The notes under the pieces were generated by a model. That model was given only the letters and a program-made list of their open reading frames with translations, was not told the origin of the DNA and did no database searches. A program made the position numbers and the translations under genes. From positions 195 to 64,194 of the forward strand of contig URCP01000004.1 of NCBI GenBank assembly GCA_900546315.1: DNA of 64,000 nt, read 5' to 3'. Below are positions 8,654-18,414 of the stretch, in pieces; the first letter of the stretch is position 1, and every line of letters starts with the position of its first letter. The DNA comes from an uncultured Eubacteriales bacterium (GTDB lineage: Bacteria > Bacillota > Clostridia > Oscillospirales > CAG-272).

Positions 8654-10855
8654 ATGCCTGTAATTTTCGACAGCGAAAAGAAAATCTTCAAGCTCGACAC
8701 ACACTCGTCGAGCTACATATTCGAGGTGAGCCCGACAGGGTATCTTCTCCACCTCTACTACGGCGCGTACGTGCCGGACACCGACCTTGATTATCTCCGT
8801 ATGCGCCTTGGCAACGCGTCTTTCAGCGCGAACGTCATAGCTCCGGAGGAGCACGGTCTGTCGCTTGACACGGCGGCGGTCGAGTATCCGGTGAACGGCA
8901 CCGGCGATTTCCGCGTCTCTGCCCTGTCTGTACGCGGCGAGAACGGAAACAGCGCCACCGACATCCGCTATAAGTCGCACAGAATATACGTCGGCAAGCC
9001 GAAGCTCGCCGGTCTCCCCGCGACCTACACGAACGATGACTCCGAGGCTGAGACGCTTGAGATCACCTGCCTCGACTCCCTCACCGGAGCAGAGGTGACT
9101 CTCATCTACACCGCCTTCGCGAAGCTTGACGCGATCACGAGAAGCGTCAGGGTGAAGAACATATCGGACAAGAAGTTTAAGCTCGACCGCATCCATTCCG
9201 CGTGCGTCGATTTCACCGGCATGGATTTCGAGATGCTTCACCTTCAGGGCCGCTGGGCAAAGGAGCGCACGCTCGTCAAGCGCCATCTTGAGTTCGGTCT
9301 TCAGGGGATACACTCGAAGCGCGGTTCCTCGAGCCACAACAACAATCCCTTCGTCGCCCTCGCGCGGGACGGATACACCGAGGAGAGCGGCGAGGTCTAC
9401 GGTTTCTCGCTCGTCTACTCGGGCAACTTCGCCGCCGAGATCGAGGTCGACTGCATGGCGTCCACGCGCATTCTCATGGGTCTGAATCCTGAGGATTTCG
9501 GATGGACTCTCGAGGCGGGCGAGGAGTTCCAGTCGCCTGAGGTCGTCATGGTCTTCTCGGAGAACGGCGTCGGCGGCATGAGCCGCACCTTCCATAAGCT
9601 CTACAGGCACAATCTCTGCCGCGGCGAGTGGAAGACGAAGAAGCGCCCGATACTCGTAAATAACTGGGAGGGCACGTATTTCGATTTCGACGACGACAAG
9701 CTCGTCGCGATAGCGAAGGACGCCGCCGATCTCGGAATCGAGATGCTCGTAATGGACGACGGCTGGTTCGGCGTGAGAAACACCGACAACTGCTCGCTCG
9801 GCGACTGGTACGTCAACGAGAAGAAGCTCCGCGGCGGACTTCGGAGCCTTGTCGACAGAGTGAACGCTCTCGGTCTGAAATTCGGCATCTGGTTCGAGCC
9901 GGAGATGATTTCGCCGGACAGCGACCTTTACCGCGCTCATCCGGACTGGTGCCTGCACGTGAACGGCCGCGAGCGCTCCGAGGGACGCCGTCAGCTCGTT
10001 CTTGATATGTCGAGAAAAGATGTCCGGGACAATATATTCGACCAGATGTCGGCGATTCTTTCGAGCGCGAACATCGAGTATGTCAAGTGGGACTTCAACC
10101 GCAACCTGACCGAGGTCGGAAGCGAGCTTCTTCCGCCGGAGAGGCAGTGCGAGACGGCGCACAGATATATGCTCGGCGTTTATGAGCTGCTTGAGAGACT
10201 TCTGACCGCGTTCCCGCGTCTGCTTCTCGAGGGATGCTCCGGCGGAGGCGGACGCTTTGACGCCGGAATGCTCTACTACAGCCCGCAGATCTGGACGAGC
10301 GACGACACCGACGCCATGGAGCGCCTTGAGATCCAGTACGGCACGTCGATGGTCTATCCGCCCTCCTCGATGAGCGCTCACGTTTCCGCGGTGCCGAATC
10401 ACCAGACCGGACGCGTGACTTCCTTCAGAACCCGCGGCGATGTAGCTATGGCGGGAGCGTTCGGCTATGAGCTCGACCTCACGAAGCTGACAGACGAGGA
10501 GCGCGAGCTTGTGAGACAACAGGTCGCCGATTATCATAAGTACTACGATCTCATCCAGAATGGTGATTATTACCGCCTGATCAACCCGACCGAGGACAAG
10601 GCGAAGATAACCTGCGCCGCGGCGTGGGAGTCTGTATCGGAAGACAAGCGCGAGGTTCTCGTGACATATGTTGTCATCCGTACGCAGGCTCATGTGGCGC
10701 GCTATCTGAGGCTCCGCGGGCTTGATCCGGACAGGATCTATGTTTCGGACGACGGAAAGCGCTATTCCGGCGCGCTGCTGATGAACGCCGGGCTCAACCT
10801 GACCGGCGGCTGGAGAGACGGCGAGAGCCGCGTCATTCATTTCACGGCTGAGTGA
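8654..10855 (+). CDS. Alpha-galactosidase, glycoside hydrolase family 36
   Basis: The 733-aa protein has GH36 hallmarks KWDFNR and EGCSGGGGRFD, plus FVMDDGWF-like VMDDGWFG. Confidence 0.9.
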   Translation: MPVIFDSEKKIFKLDTHSSSYIFEVSPTGYLLHLYYGAYVPDTDLDYLRMRLGNASFSANVIAPEEHGLSLDTAAVEYPVNGTGDFRVSALSVRGENGNSATDIRYKSHRIYVGKPKLAGLPATYTNDDSEAETLEITCLDSLTGAEVTLIYTAFAKLDAITRSVRVKNISDKKFKLDRIHSACVDFTGMDFEMLHLQGRWAKERTLVKRHLEFGLQGIHSKRGSSSHNNNPFVALARDGYTEESGEVYGFSLVYSGNFAAEIEVDCMASTRILMGLNPEDFGWTLEAGEEFQSPEVVMVFSENGVGGMSRTFHKLYRHNLCRGEWKTKKRPILVNNWEGTYFDFDDDKLVAIAKDAADLGIEMLVMDDGWFGVRNTDNCSLGDWYVNEKKLRGGLRSLVDRVNALGLKFGIWFEPEMISPDSDLYRAHPDWCLHVNGRERSEGRRQLVLDMSRKDVRDNIFDQMSAILSSANIEYVKWDFNRNLTEVGSELLPPERQCETAHRYMLGVYELLERLLTAFPRLLLEGCSGGGGRFDAGMLYYSPQIWTSDDTDAMERLEIQYGTSMVYPPSSMSAHVSAVPNHQTGRVTSFRTRGDVAMAGAFGYELDLTKLTDEERELVRQQVADYHKYYDLIQNGDYYRLINPTEDKAKITCAAAWESVSEDKREVLVTYVVIRTQAHVARYLRLRGLDPDRIYVSDDGKRYSGALLMNAGLNLTGGWRDGESRVIHFTAE

Positions 10856-10929
10856 GACAGGTCACGGGGATGCCCCTTCTGAGGCGTCCCCGTTTCTGAT
10901 TTACCGCTGATATGTTCAGGAGGCAGGAT

Positions 10930-11793
10930 ATGACAAAGCAACCAGAGAAATATTCGATAGATGATTTCGGTACCGGGAGCATAGCTATAAGGCACAAGCT
11001 GATAGATCGTGACTACAGGCAGCACTGGCACGAGTGCTGTGAGCTTGAGATGATCCTGTCCGGGCGGGGCAGCCAGATTCTCAACGGCGTAGGCTATCCG
11101 CTTTCAAAGGGGGAGATTTATATGCTGACCCCAGCGGACTGTCACTCGATACACGTTGATGAACCGCTCGATATAATCGGAATCATGTTCGACGAGAGGA
11201 TGATAACTCCTTCGGTCTATGAGCAGATACTGACGCATGAGACTATGGGCGCGAATCTGACCGCGAATTTTGCCGGGCGCAGCTTCACTGCCGCGAAGGC
11301 TCTGCTGGACGCGCTCATCGCCGGGACACAGGATACCGCCGTGCCGGACGGAAATGAGTATATGTATATGTGCCATATAATCGACTGTCTTCTGATTCAG
11401 CTGCTGCGCTGCTTCCGGTCGGATGGGAGGAAGGCGGGGAAGTCGCCGGTCGGCACGGCGATACTGTACCTTCACAGCCATTATATGGAAGACCTGACGC
11501 TTGACGAGGTCGCGGGGATAACGCATCTGAGCCGGAATTATTTCTCCGAACTGTTCCGCGAGTCGACCGGAAAGACCTTCAAGAGTTATCTCATCGACCT
11601 CAGGATGCGCGCGGCGTGCAGGATGCTGGCAAACAGTGATATGTCGGTAACGGATATCTGCTTTGCCTGCGGTTTTGAGTCTTTCTCGAACTTCATGCGC
11701 ACCTTCAAGTCGCGTTTCGGGGTGAGTCCGCTGAAATTCCGCCAGGATAACCGCGGCAGACCGTGCGTTTCTGGGGAGAGGCAGCTGCAATGA
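10930..11793 (+). CDS. AraC family transcriptional regulator (cupin sensor plus HTH)
   Basis: The C-terminal AraC HTH reads LTLDEVAGITHLSRNYFSELFRESTGKTFKSYLIDLRMRAACRML. SD aggagg lies 6 nt before the ATG at 10930; the track start is 10912. Confidence 0.85.
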   Translation: MTKQPEKYSIDDFGTGSIAIRHKLIDRDYRQHWHECCELEMILSGRGSQILNGVGYPLSKGEIYMLTPADCHSIHVDEPLDIIGIMFDERMITPSVYEQILTHETMGANLTANFAGRSFTAAKALLDALIAGTQDTAVPDGNEYMYMCHIIDCLLIQLLRCFRSDGRKAGKSPVGTAILYLHSHYMEDLTLDEVAGITHLSRNYFSELFRESTGKTFKSYLIDLRMRAACRMLANSDMSVTDICFACGFESFSNFMRTFKSRFGVSPLKFRQDNRGRPCVSGERQLQ

Positions 11794-11937
11794 CAGGCCG
11801 ATCTTATCTATCCGAAAAAACGCAATAATATAGTTATAAAACGAGACATCATGACCTGATAAATAGTGTATAATATACACAGGGACACGCTGAATAAGTT
11901 ATATTTCCGCGGATACGGCGGTGTCCTCAGAAATAAA

Positions 11938-12027
11938 GGAAACACTGATTCAAGGTTGTCTTCACGGAAAAATACCCATGAATCGAAGCCCTTTTTCTGT
12001 GAAAAATCCGGGTTGCTCAGTGTATCC
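11938..12027 (+). repeat. Rep90 copy C
   Basis: The sequence GGAAACACTGATTCAAGG...CTCAGTGTATCC ends 24 nt before the downstream SBP start region. Confidence 0.85.
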
Positions 12028-12056
12028 TGAAGAACAATAAAGGAAGGGTCATGGTT

Positions 12057-13544
12057 ATGAGCAGGATTCAATCTGGTAGGGTAACGGCGATAATTCTTCT
12101 GGCGTCGTTTCTTATGTCATGCGGAGGAAAAGCGGGAGTAGAGAAGGAAACATCCGGCGCTGACAGCCGGGCTCAGGAAAGCACGGAGACTGCCGCCGTC
12201 GCTGAAGAGTATGTCTATCCCGACAAGAGCTACGGCGGCTATGAGTTCCGGATACTCAATTTCAACGAGTTCTGGAGCTGTTATGTGCGTGTGGACATCA
12301 CGGAGCAGACCGGCGAGGTGGTCGACGACGCGGTGTGGAAGAGAAACCGCGGGATTGAGGACAGGTTCGATATACATATCAGTGAGATCACGGAGGCGTT
12401 CAATGACGGAGGCAACGCCACGGGTGTCACGAAGCTGCTGAGCAGCGCGGTCATGGCGGGGGACGACGCGTATGACGCGGCGTTTCTTCCGATATCCTAC
12501 GCGCCCGGCGTCATTACAGAGGGAAGCCTTGTGGATCTCGGCAGTATCCCGGAGATCAACCTTGACAAGGATTGGTGGGATAACGTGCTCAATTCCGAAA
12601 TGTGGCTGAACGGAAAGCTCTACGCCGCCGCCACGCCTCTTCAGCTTACGTCGCTCGATCTTACATGGGTGCTGCTGTTCAACAAGGATATGCTGAACTC
12701 ATACGGTCTTGAGTATCCGTACGATACGGTGCGCGAAGGCAAGTGGACAATGGACGAGATGAACACGTATCTGACGAAGATCACGAATCTCAACGGCGAC
12801 GACTCGTTCAAGTACAACGAAAAAGGCAACGCCGTATACGGCATCGCGGGACACGACACAGGAAGCTATATGTTCCTGGTTGGCGGCGGTGAGTATTTCA
12901 TAAAGCATGACGATACTGGAAATCTGGTGTATGAGAGTCCGGATGACCGGTTTTACGAGGTTATAACCAAGGTCGCGGAGGTGTACTCGGCGAAGGATGG
13001 CAAGGTTCTGGTAAATTCGAATGACAAGTTCACCGACGCGGGCGGGTACTACAATCTGTTCTACTCGGGGAGAGCGGGCTTCCTTACGACCGAGCTCAAG
13101 GGCGCGAAGGTCATGCGGAGCCTTGAGACGGATTACGGCATACTTCCGTCTCCGAAATTCGACTTGAATCAGGAGAATTATATAACCTATGCCAGCGAGA
13201 ATATCGTGCGCTGCACGGTTCCGGTCACTGTGAGCGATCTGTCGCGTACCGGCGTGATCCTTGACGCGCTGTCCTATGAGAGCTATCGGGATGTCCTGCC
13301 GCTTTATTACGGGCAGACGATCTCTCAGAAGGGACTGAGGGACGAGGATTCGATTGAGATGCTGAGTATCATAAACGAGACGAGAGTCAGCGAGTCGGGT
13401 CTCATATTCGGCGTGACGTCCGGGCTCGTGAACGCGCTGAAATCCTCGATAAAGGACGGAAAGGACGATTACGCGTCGGTGGTCGCGAAGAACGAGGAGA
13501 GCGTCAGACAGAAGCTGACGAAGCTGCTCGAATCGATTGAATGA
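12057..13544 (+). CDS. Extracellular solute-binding lipoprotein (sugar-type ABC SBP, family 1-like), with no adjacent permease
   Basis: The lipobox is LLASFLMSCGG. It is a paralog of 15682..17166 (YGGYEFRILNF / YGGYTVRVLMR; DKDWWDN / DKPWWDQ). An alternative start lies at 12051. Confidence 0.75.
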   Translation: MSRIQSGRVTAIILLASFLMSCGGKAGVEKETSGADSRAQESTETAAVAEEYVYPDKSYGGYEFRILNFNEFWSCYVRVDITEQTGEVVDDAVWKRNRGIEDRFDIHISEITEAFNDGGNATGVTKLLSSAVMAGDDAYDAAFLPISYAPGVITEGSLVDLGSIPEINLDKDWWDNVLNSEMWLNGKLYAAATPLQLTSLDLTWVLLFNKDMLNSYGLEYPYDTVREGKWTMDEMNTYLTKITNLNGDDSFKYNEKGNAVYGIAGHDTGSYMFLVGGGEYFIKHDDTGNLVYESPDDRFYEVITKVAEVYSAKDGKVLVNSNDKFTDAGGYYNLFYSGRAGFLTTELKGAKVMRSLETDYGILPSPKFDLNQENYITYASENIVRCTVPVTVSDLSRTGVILDALSYESYRDVLPLYYGQTISQKGLRDEDSIEMLSIINETRVSESGLIFGVTSGLVNALKSSIKDGKDDYASVVAKNEESVRQKLTKLLESIE

Positions 13545-14444
13545 ATGAAGACAGGAAAAATGATAAGCACGAAGAAATACATAGGAATAGACATAGGTGG
13601 CACGAAATGCGCGGTTGTTCGCGGCGGCGGGCGGACTGTCGACGGGAAGATACGCTTTGAGACGACCGGGAAGGACGAGACCATAGCAAACATATTTGAC
13701 GCCGTGAGAAAACTGATAACGCCGGACTGCGCGGCGATAGGCGTCAGCTGCGGCGGGCCGCTCGATCCGGAGAAGGGAATCATAATGTCCCCGCCGAACC
13801 TCCCGGGATGGGACGACGTTCATATAACCGGGATGCTGACAGAGGAATTCGGCGTTCCCGCGTATCTGTGCAACGACGCGGACGCCTGCGCGCTCGCCGA
13901 ATGGAAATGCGGCGCGGGGATCGGGAGCCGGAATATGGCGTTCCTGACTTTCGGCACCGGACTTGGCGCCGGACTGATACTCGATGGCAGGCTTTACTCC
14001 GGCGCTTCCGGAATGGCGGGGGAGATAGGTCACGTGACCCTCTGTGAGGAGGGAGACGATCTTCATATCGGCTACAACAAGCGCGGCGCGGTCGAGGGCT
14101 ATTGCAGCGGCGGCGGAATAGCGCAGTACGGAAAAGGCACCGCGAAGGAACTCGGAATCCGCGCCGAGCAGGGAGACGAAGAGGCGATAAGGATATACGA
14201 AAAGGTCGGAGAGGATCTCGGAAAGACGCTCGCCATCCTGATCGACATACTGAATCCTGACACCATCGTCATCGGCAGTATATATGTGCGCTCGCGTGAG
14301 TTCATCGAGCCCGCGATGCGGCGGGTTATCGCGGAGAGGGCGCTTGAGCAGAGCGTGTCGGCGTGCAGGATACTTCCGGCGGCGCTCGGCGAGTCTATAG
14401 GCGATGTCGCGGCTCTCTGTGTCGCCGAGACGGGAGGAAAATAG
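13545..14444 (+). CDS. ROK family sugar kinase
   Basis: It has the motif IGIDIGGTKCAVV and the ROK signature region CNDADACALAEWKCGAG. Confidence 0.85.
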   Translation: MKTGKMISTKKYIGIDIGGTKCAVVRGGGRTVDGKIRFETTGKDETIANIFDAVRKLITPDCAAIGVSCGGPLDPEKGIIMSPPNLPGWDDVHITGMLTEEFGVPAYLCNDADACALAEWKCGAGIGSRNMAFLTFGTGLGAGLILDGRLYSGASGMAGEIGHVTLCEEGDDLHIGYNKRGAVEGYCSGGGIAQYGKGTAKELGIRAEQGDEEAIRIYEKVGEDLGKTLAILIDILNPDTIVIGSIYVRSREFIEPAMRRVIAERALEQSVSACRILPAALGESIGDVAALCVAETGGK

Positions 14445-14449
14445 AAGCT

Positions 14450-15040
14450 ATGGATATAGTCAGACTGACTCCGGAGCTTGTCCGGGATTATCTTGATTTC
14501 TTTGACAGAACACCGCATGACGACGGGACGCCGGAGGGCAGATGCTACTGTGTGTGCTGGAATACCGCCGGCGACGACGGATGTGACTTCTCAACCGCGG
14601 AGAGCCGCAGAAGCGCGGCGGAAAAGCTCGTGAGAGAGAAGAAGCTGAACGGATATCTCGCGTATGAGGATGGGAAGGTCATCGGTTGGTGCGCCGCCGG
14701 GAGAAAGTCGGAATACCTGACTTGTTATTCCGGATTGAGATATCTCGCGCCGCTGAGCCGTGAGGATGATGCGGCGGTCAGGTCGGTATTGTGTTTTGTG
14801 ATATCTCCGGAATACCGCAGAAAAGGCGTCGCGACGGAGCTCTGCCGGAAGGTGTGCTCCGACTCTGAGGGATATGATTATATCGAGGCGTACCCGATAA
14901 AGGAATTCATGAGCGAGCAGTACGACTTCGTCGGACCGTTCGGGATGTATGAGAAGCTTGGCTTTGAGATCACGGCCGACCTCGGGGATCGCGCGGTCGT
15001 GAGAAAGAAAATCAGAAAAACTACTGGAGCGGATATATGA
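14450..15040 (+). CDS. GNAT family N-acetyltransferase
   Basis: Motif A reads ISPEYRRKGVATELC. I prefer the start at 14450 (MDIVRL) over the track start at 14363, which overlaps the ROK gene. Confidence 0.75.
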   Translation: MDIVRLTPELVRDYLDFFDRTPHDDGTPEGRCYCVCWNTAGDDGCDFSTAESRRSAAEKLVREKKLNGYLAYEDGKVIGWCAAGRKSEYLTCYSGLRYLAPLSREDDAAVRSVLCFVISPEYRRKGVATELCRKVCSDSEGYDYIEAYPIKEFMSEQYDFVGPFGMYEKLGFEITADLGDRAVVRKKIRKTTGADI

Positions 15041-15624
15041 TATACGAAAATTACCCGGAACTTGAATGTGTCTCCGCGGATATCGACCATGCGATCGATA
15101 TGATAGCGGACAGCTACAGAAACGGTGGAAAGCTGATGACGGCGGGGAACGGCGGAAGCGCGTCCGACTCGGAGCACATCGTGGGGGAACTCATGAAGGG
15201 CTTCAAAAAGAGGCGTCCGGTGACGGATGAGCATATCCCGGCGGAGCTGGCGGCGAAGCTTCAGGGGGCTCTCCCGGCGGTCTCGCTGTCCGGCGGACTC
15301 GCTCTTCCGACGGCTTATCTCAACGACGTCGACGGCGAGTACATAGTCGCTCAGACTCTCTACGGTCTCGCGAAGCCCGGTGATACCGCGCTTCTTATCT
15401 CGACCTCCGGAAATGCGAAGAACCTCTGCCACGCCGCCGACCTCGCGAAGTGCATCGGGGTGAAGACGATAGCCCTCACCGGAAAGACCGGAGGAAAGCT
15501 CGCGGAGATCTGCGACCACGCGATAAAGGTACCGTCGACCGAGACCTATCGTGTGCAGGAATATCATCTGCCGGTATATCACGAGATCTGCGCGCGTATT
15601 GAGGATATATTCTTCGACAACTGA
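15037..15624 (+). CDS. SIS domain protein, GmhA/DiaA-like phosphoheptose isomerase family
   Basis: The motif GNGGSASDSEH is present and the start makes an ATGA overlap with the GNAT stop. Confidence 0.8.
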   Translation: MIYENYPELECVSADIDHAIDMIADSYRNGGKLMTAGNGGSASDSEHIVGELMKGFKKRRPVTDEHIPAELAAKLQGALPAVSLSGGLALPTAYLNDVDGEYIVAQTLYGLAKPGDTALLISTSGNAKNLCHAADLAKCIGVKTIALTGKTGGKLAEICDHAIKVPSTETYRVQEYHLPVYHEICARIEDIFFDN

Positions 15625-15681
15625 CAGAATCCGCGAAAAAAGGCTGCCCGTGTATCACAGGCAGCCTTTTTCAGAAGATGC

Positions 15682-17166
15682 TTATTTTCCGTATTTTTCG
15701 AGCTTTTTCCCTAGCTCGGCGTTGACGGATTTCTCGTTTTTCGCGTAGTAGGACGAGAAGCTGCGATCGGTGCTGTTGGCGAGGTTGTATCCGGCGCTTC
15801 CAAAAGTTCCTCCACAGTAGTAGTAACCTATGTCGAACACACGCCCATCCTTTATGATATCGAGCATCTGTACCGAAAGATCGTCACGTGTGTATTTCTT
15901 TTGCAGAGCCACCTCATAATACGCGGGGATGACGCTTCTGTAGCCTTCCGCGCAGAGAGCCTCGAGAATAACCGATATTCTTTCGGGATCCGGATTCGTT
16001 ATCGGAACAAGGAAAAGGTTGGTGCCGGAGTCGACGTTTGTATAATATTTTTCACAGGTCGTATCGTATTTCGGCCACGGAACTATTCCGAAATCGTCCT
16101 TCATGTCGCGCAGATAAGATATGTCGTTCAGATTTCCGTCCATCATGAGAGCGCGGCCTTCAGAGAACACCTTTTTACAGTCGTAAACGCTCTGCTTCGA
16201 GTCGCGGTTCAGCTCGAGATAGCAGTTCTTGTTCGCGAGAAGCGCGAAATAGTCTTCGTAGATCGAGACGTTTCTCTCGCTGTTTATTGTCAGCGCGAGA
16301 CCGCCGTCCTTATCCGCCGTGACTATTCTTCCGCCTCCGGTGGTCAGCGCCTGCATCGGACCGACCCAGATGTAGGTCGCGTAGCCGTAAAGATCCTTGT
16401 CCGGCTCGAATGATCCGTCTCCGTTGAGGTCGTCTGAGCAAAGGAGAACGAGACGCGAGAACTCATCGAACGTCCACTTGTTGTCGAGAACCTTCTGGTA
16501 AGGATATTCCTCGTTATATTTGTCAAACAGCTTCTTGTTGAACATCATGCAGTCGGTCTGTGCGAGCGCCTGATAGCTGATATCGCCGATCATTGTGAAC
16601 AGCTTCCCGTTGATGTCGAAGCTCTTTTTCGCGTCCTGATCCCACCACGGTTTGTCGAGATCGACATATGTCAGCTGCGTCTTCCAGTCAAGGCAGAGAC
16701 CCTGTTCGGCGTACACGAAGGCGGCGCGCGCGTGCGGAACGATGATGTCATACGCGTCGTCACCGGCGACGATTGAGCTGACGGCGTCGGTCTCATAGTT
16801 GTTGTTCGAACTCTTTATCAGCTCGAACTCGACGTTGAAGCGCTCGCACACAGCTCGATTCCGCCTGTATATCGCGTCGTTCAGTACGTCGCCGTCCTCG
16901 GCTTCGCTGAACATATCGCCTATCCAGTCCGGATAGGTGCTGTTGCGCATGAGCACCCGGACCGTATACCCGCCATAGTCGGCGTCAGGGAGGTCGTCGC
17001 TGATCACAGGCACTTCGCTGACGGGAGTGGTTTCTGATGTATCGATGGACTCGGAGTCGGAGCCCTGCGGCACATTGGTGTCGCCGCTGTTGGTTACGCT
17101 GCCGCAGGAGGACGCGGCAATGAGGGTCGCAAGCATGAGTGTAAGCAGTCTCGTAGGATGTTTCAT
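15682..17166 (-). CDS. Extracellular solute-binding lipoprotein, paralog of 12057..13544
   Basis: The lipobox is LIAASSCGS, and the protein is colinearly similar to the other SBP over its full length. Confidence 0.75.
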   Translation of the reverse strand: MKHPTRLLTLMLATLIAASSCGSVTNSGDTNVPQGSDSESIDTSETTPVSEVPVISDDLPDADYGGYTVRVLMRNSTYPDWIGDMFSEAEDGDVLNDAIYRRNRAVCERFNVEFELIKSSNNNYETDAVSSIVAGDDAYDIIVPHARAAFVYAEQGLCLDWKTQLTYVDLDKPWWDQDAKKSFDINGKLFTMIGDISYQALAQTDCMMFNKKLFDKYNEEYPYQKVLDNKWTFDEFSRLVLLCSDDLNGDGSFEPDKDLYGYATYIWVGPMQALTTGGGRIVTADKDGGLALTINSERNVSIYEDYFALLANKNCYLELNRDSKQSVYDCKKVFSEGRALMMDGNLNDISYLRDMKDDFGIVPWPKYDTTCEKYYTNVDSGTNLFLVPITNPDPERISVILEALCAEGYRSVIPAYYEVALQKKYTRDDLSVQMLDIIKDGRVFDIGYYYCGGTFGSAGYNLANSTDRSFSSYYAKNEKSVNAELGKKLEKYGK

Positions 17167-17229
17167 GGCAGTTCCCTTTCAGAAATAATATGATATATTG
17201 TCTCAATATGCGATAAGCATACTGACAAC

Positions 17230-17258
17230 ATTATACAGTATAAACATCCGCTTGTCAA
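17230..17258 (-). promoter_or_regulatory. Promoter TTGACA-17-TATAAT for the SBP gene 15682..17166
   Basis: The minus strand reads gTTGACAagcggatgtttatactgTATAATg. Confidence 0.55.
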
Positions 17259-17295
17259 CACCTGATTGACATTACAAACAATATTTGTGAATATA

Positions 17296-17322
17296 TCACA
17301 AAACAAGTCACGCGTTTTGTGA
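17296..17322. promoter_or_regulatory. Inverted repeat TCACAAAAC-N9-GTTTTGTGA (candidate operator or weak terminator)
   Basis: It has perfect 9-bp arms and also contains GTCAC-N7-GTGAC. It lies between the SleB-like stop and the SBP promoter. Confidence 0.3.
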
Positions 17323-17354
17323 CAACCGACCAAACATACACCGGGAGAGAGTTT

Positions 17355-18131
17355 TCACGAGTAGAAATCGTGCCCACCGACCGAAAGCAGGAACTGCCGG
17401 TTCGCCGGTATCCAGAAGTTTGTCGCGATGCGCGGGTTCAGGAAGTACAGCGCCTCGCGGGATATGTAGTACGCGTCGAGACATATCTTCGCGGCGGTGA
17501 CGCTGTCCGCGTTCGGCTCGTTCCAGATCCTGCCGTTCGCGGTCGGCGTGAACTGGACGGCGTATTTCCGGTCGAATATCACGTCGTAGATACTGTCCGG
17601 AAACTCGCCGCTGTGCACGCGGTTGAGGATCACGTTGCCGACGAGAATCTTTCCTTCCATCGGTTCGCCTTCCGCCTCGGCGTTGATTATCCGTGACAGC
17701 CAGTAGACCTCGTCCGCGATATAGAAGTCGTCTCCGGACGCGAGCGCCGTGCCGGTTGGTGTCAGGGCGACCGAGCGTGTCTCGTCTGTCCATTCGACGT
17801 CCGCGCCGTAAATCTTCGCGAGCGAGCGGACCGGGACGAAAGTTTCCCCGTCGAGTTCGAGACAGTCATTGCCGCCTATATATCGCCCGGAGCACGCTAT
17901 GTACGGTTCACCCACCTCCGCGTGAATTTCAAGATTCTCACCGGACGCCGCGCCGAGCGAGCGTTTTGTGTCCTCGATATCGACATATGTCGTCGAACCG
18001 ATGAGCCTCGCGTCGATGTCCGTCACGGTTCCGTTCACACTGATGTGTACTTTCTCGTAAGCCGAGAGCGCGGGGGTGGCGAGCGATGACGCTATGAGGG
18101 CGGTGATTATCGTTTTTGTGAGTTTTTTCAT
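17355..18131 (-). CDS. Cell wall hydrolase, SleB-like (stalk/copper-amine-oxidase-N-like domain plus Hydrolase_2 domain)
   Basis: It has the signal MKKLTKTIITALIASSLATPALSA and the C-terminal segment YWLSRIINAEAEGEPMEGKILVGNVILNRV...AVQFTP. The start at 18131 has an SD. Confidence 0.8.
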   Translation of the reverse strand: MKKLTKTIITALIASSLATPALSAYEKVHISVNGTVTDIDARLIGSTTYVDIEDTKRSLGAASGENLEIHAEVGEPYIACSGRYIGGNDCLELDGETFVPVRSLAKIYGADVEWTDETRSVALTPTGTALASGDDFYIADEVYWLSRIINAEAEGEPMEGKILVGNVILNRVHSGEFPDSIYDVIFDRKYAVQFTPTANGRIWNEPNADSVTAAKICLDAYYISREALYFLNPRIATNFWIPANRQFLLSVGGHDFYS

Positions 18132-18414
18132 TTGCTTGTCCTTTCTCTCATTTCGCAGTTTACATTGTCGGCGGACAATGAGAACCACAAAACACTGGAT
18201 TGAAAGATTTATCTTTCAATCTGTGACTTCAGGCGGGCGCTCCGGTTTTCAGCCGCTGCCGGGACGCATCGGATATGAACAAAAGGCATACGGTTTATTT
18301 GATATCCACCGGATATCACGTTTGTACCGTATGCCTATTTTACCATATTCCGTGCCGCGAATCAACCCACAATTTCTTCCATAGCGGATCGTCACTTACG
18401 CAGACACGCGCGGA

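Noticed and set aside
8648-10840. A 730-aa ORF antisense to the whole alpha-galactosidase gene. Similar long antisense ORFs occur at 3049..4104, 3674..4660, 12699..14066, 52189..53328, 53839..55275 and 57320..59062.
   Set aside because: Those I phase-checked (8648..10840, 12699..14066, 53839..55275 and 57320..59062) are codon-aligned with the sense genes: coordinate differences from the sense start are multiples of 3. They stay open simply because the sense genes avoid TTA, CTA and TCA codons in this GC3-rich genome. Their translations are R/V/L/H-rich junk without motifs, SD sequences or promoters.
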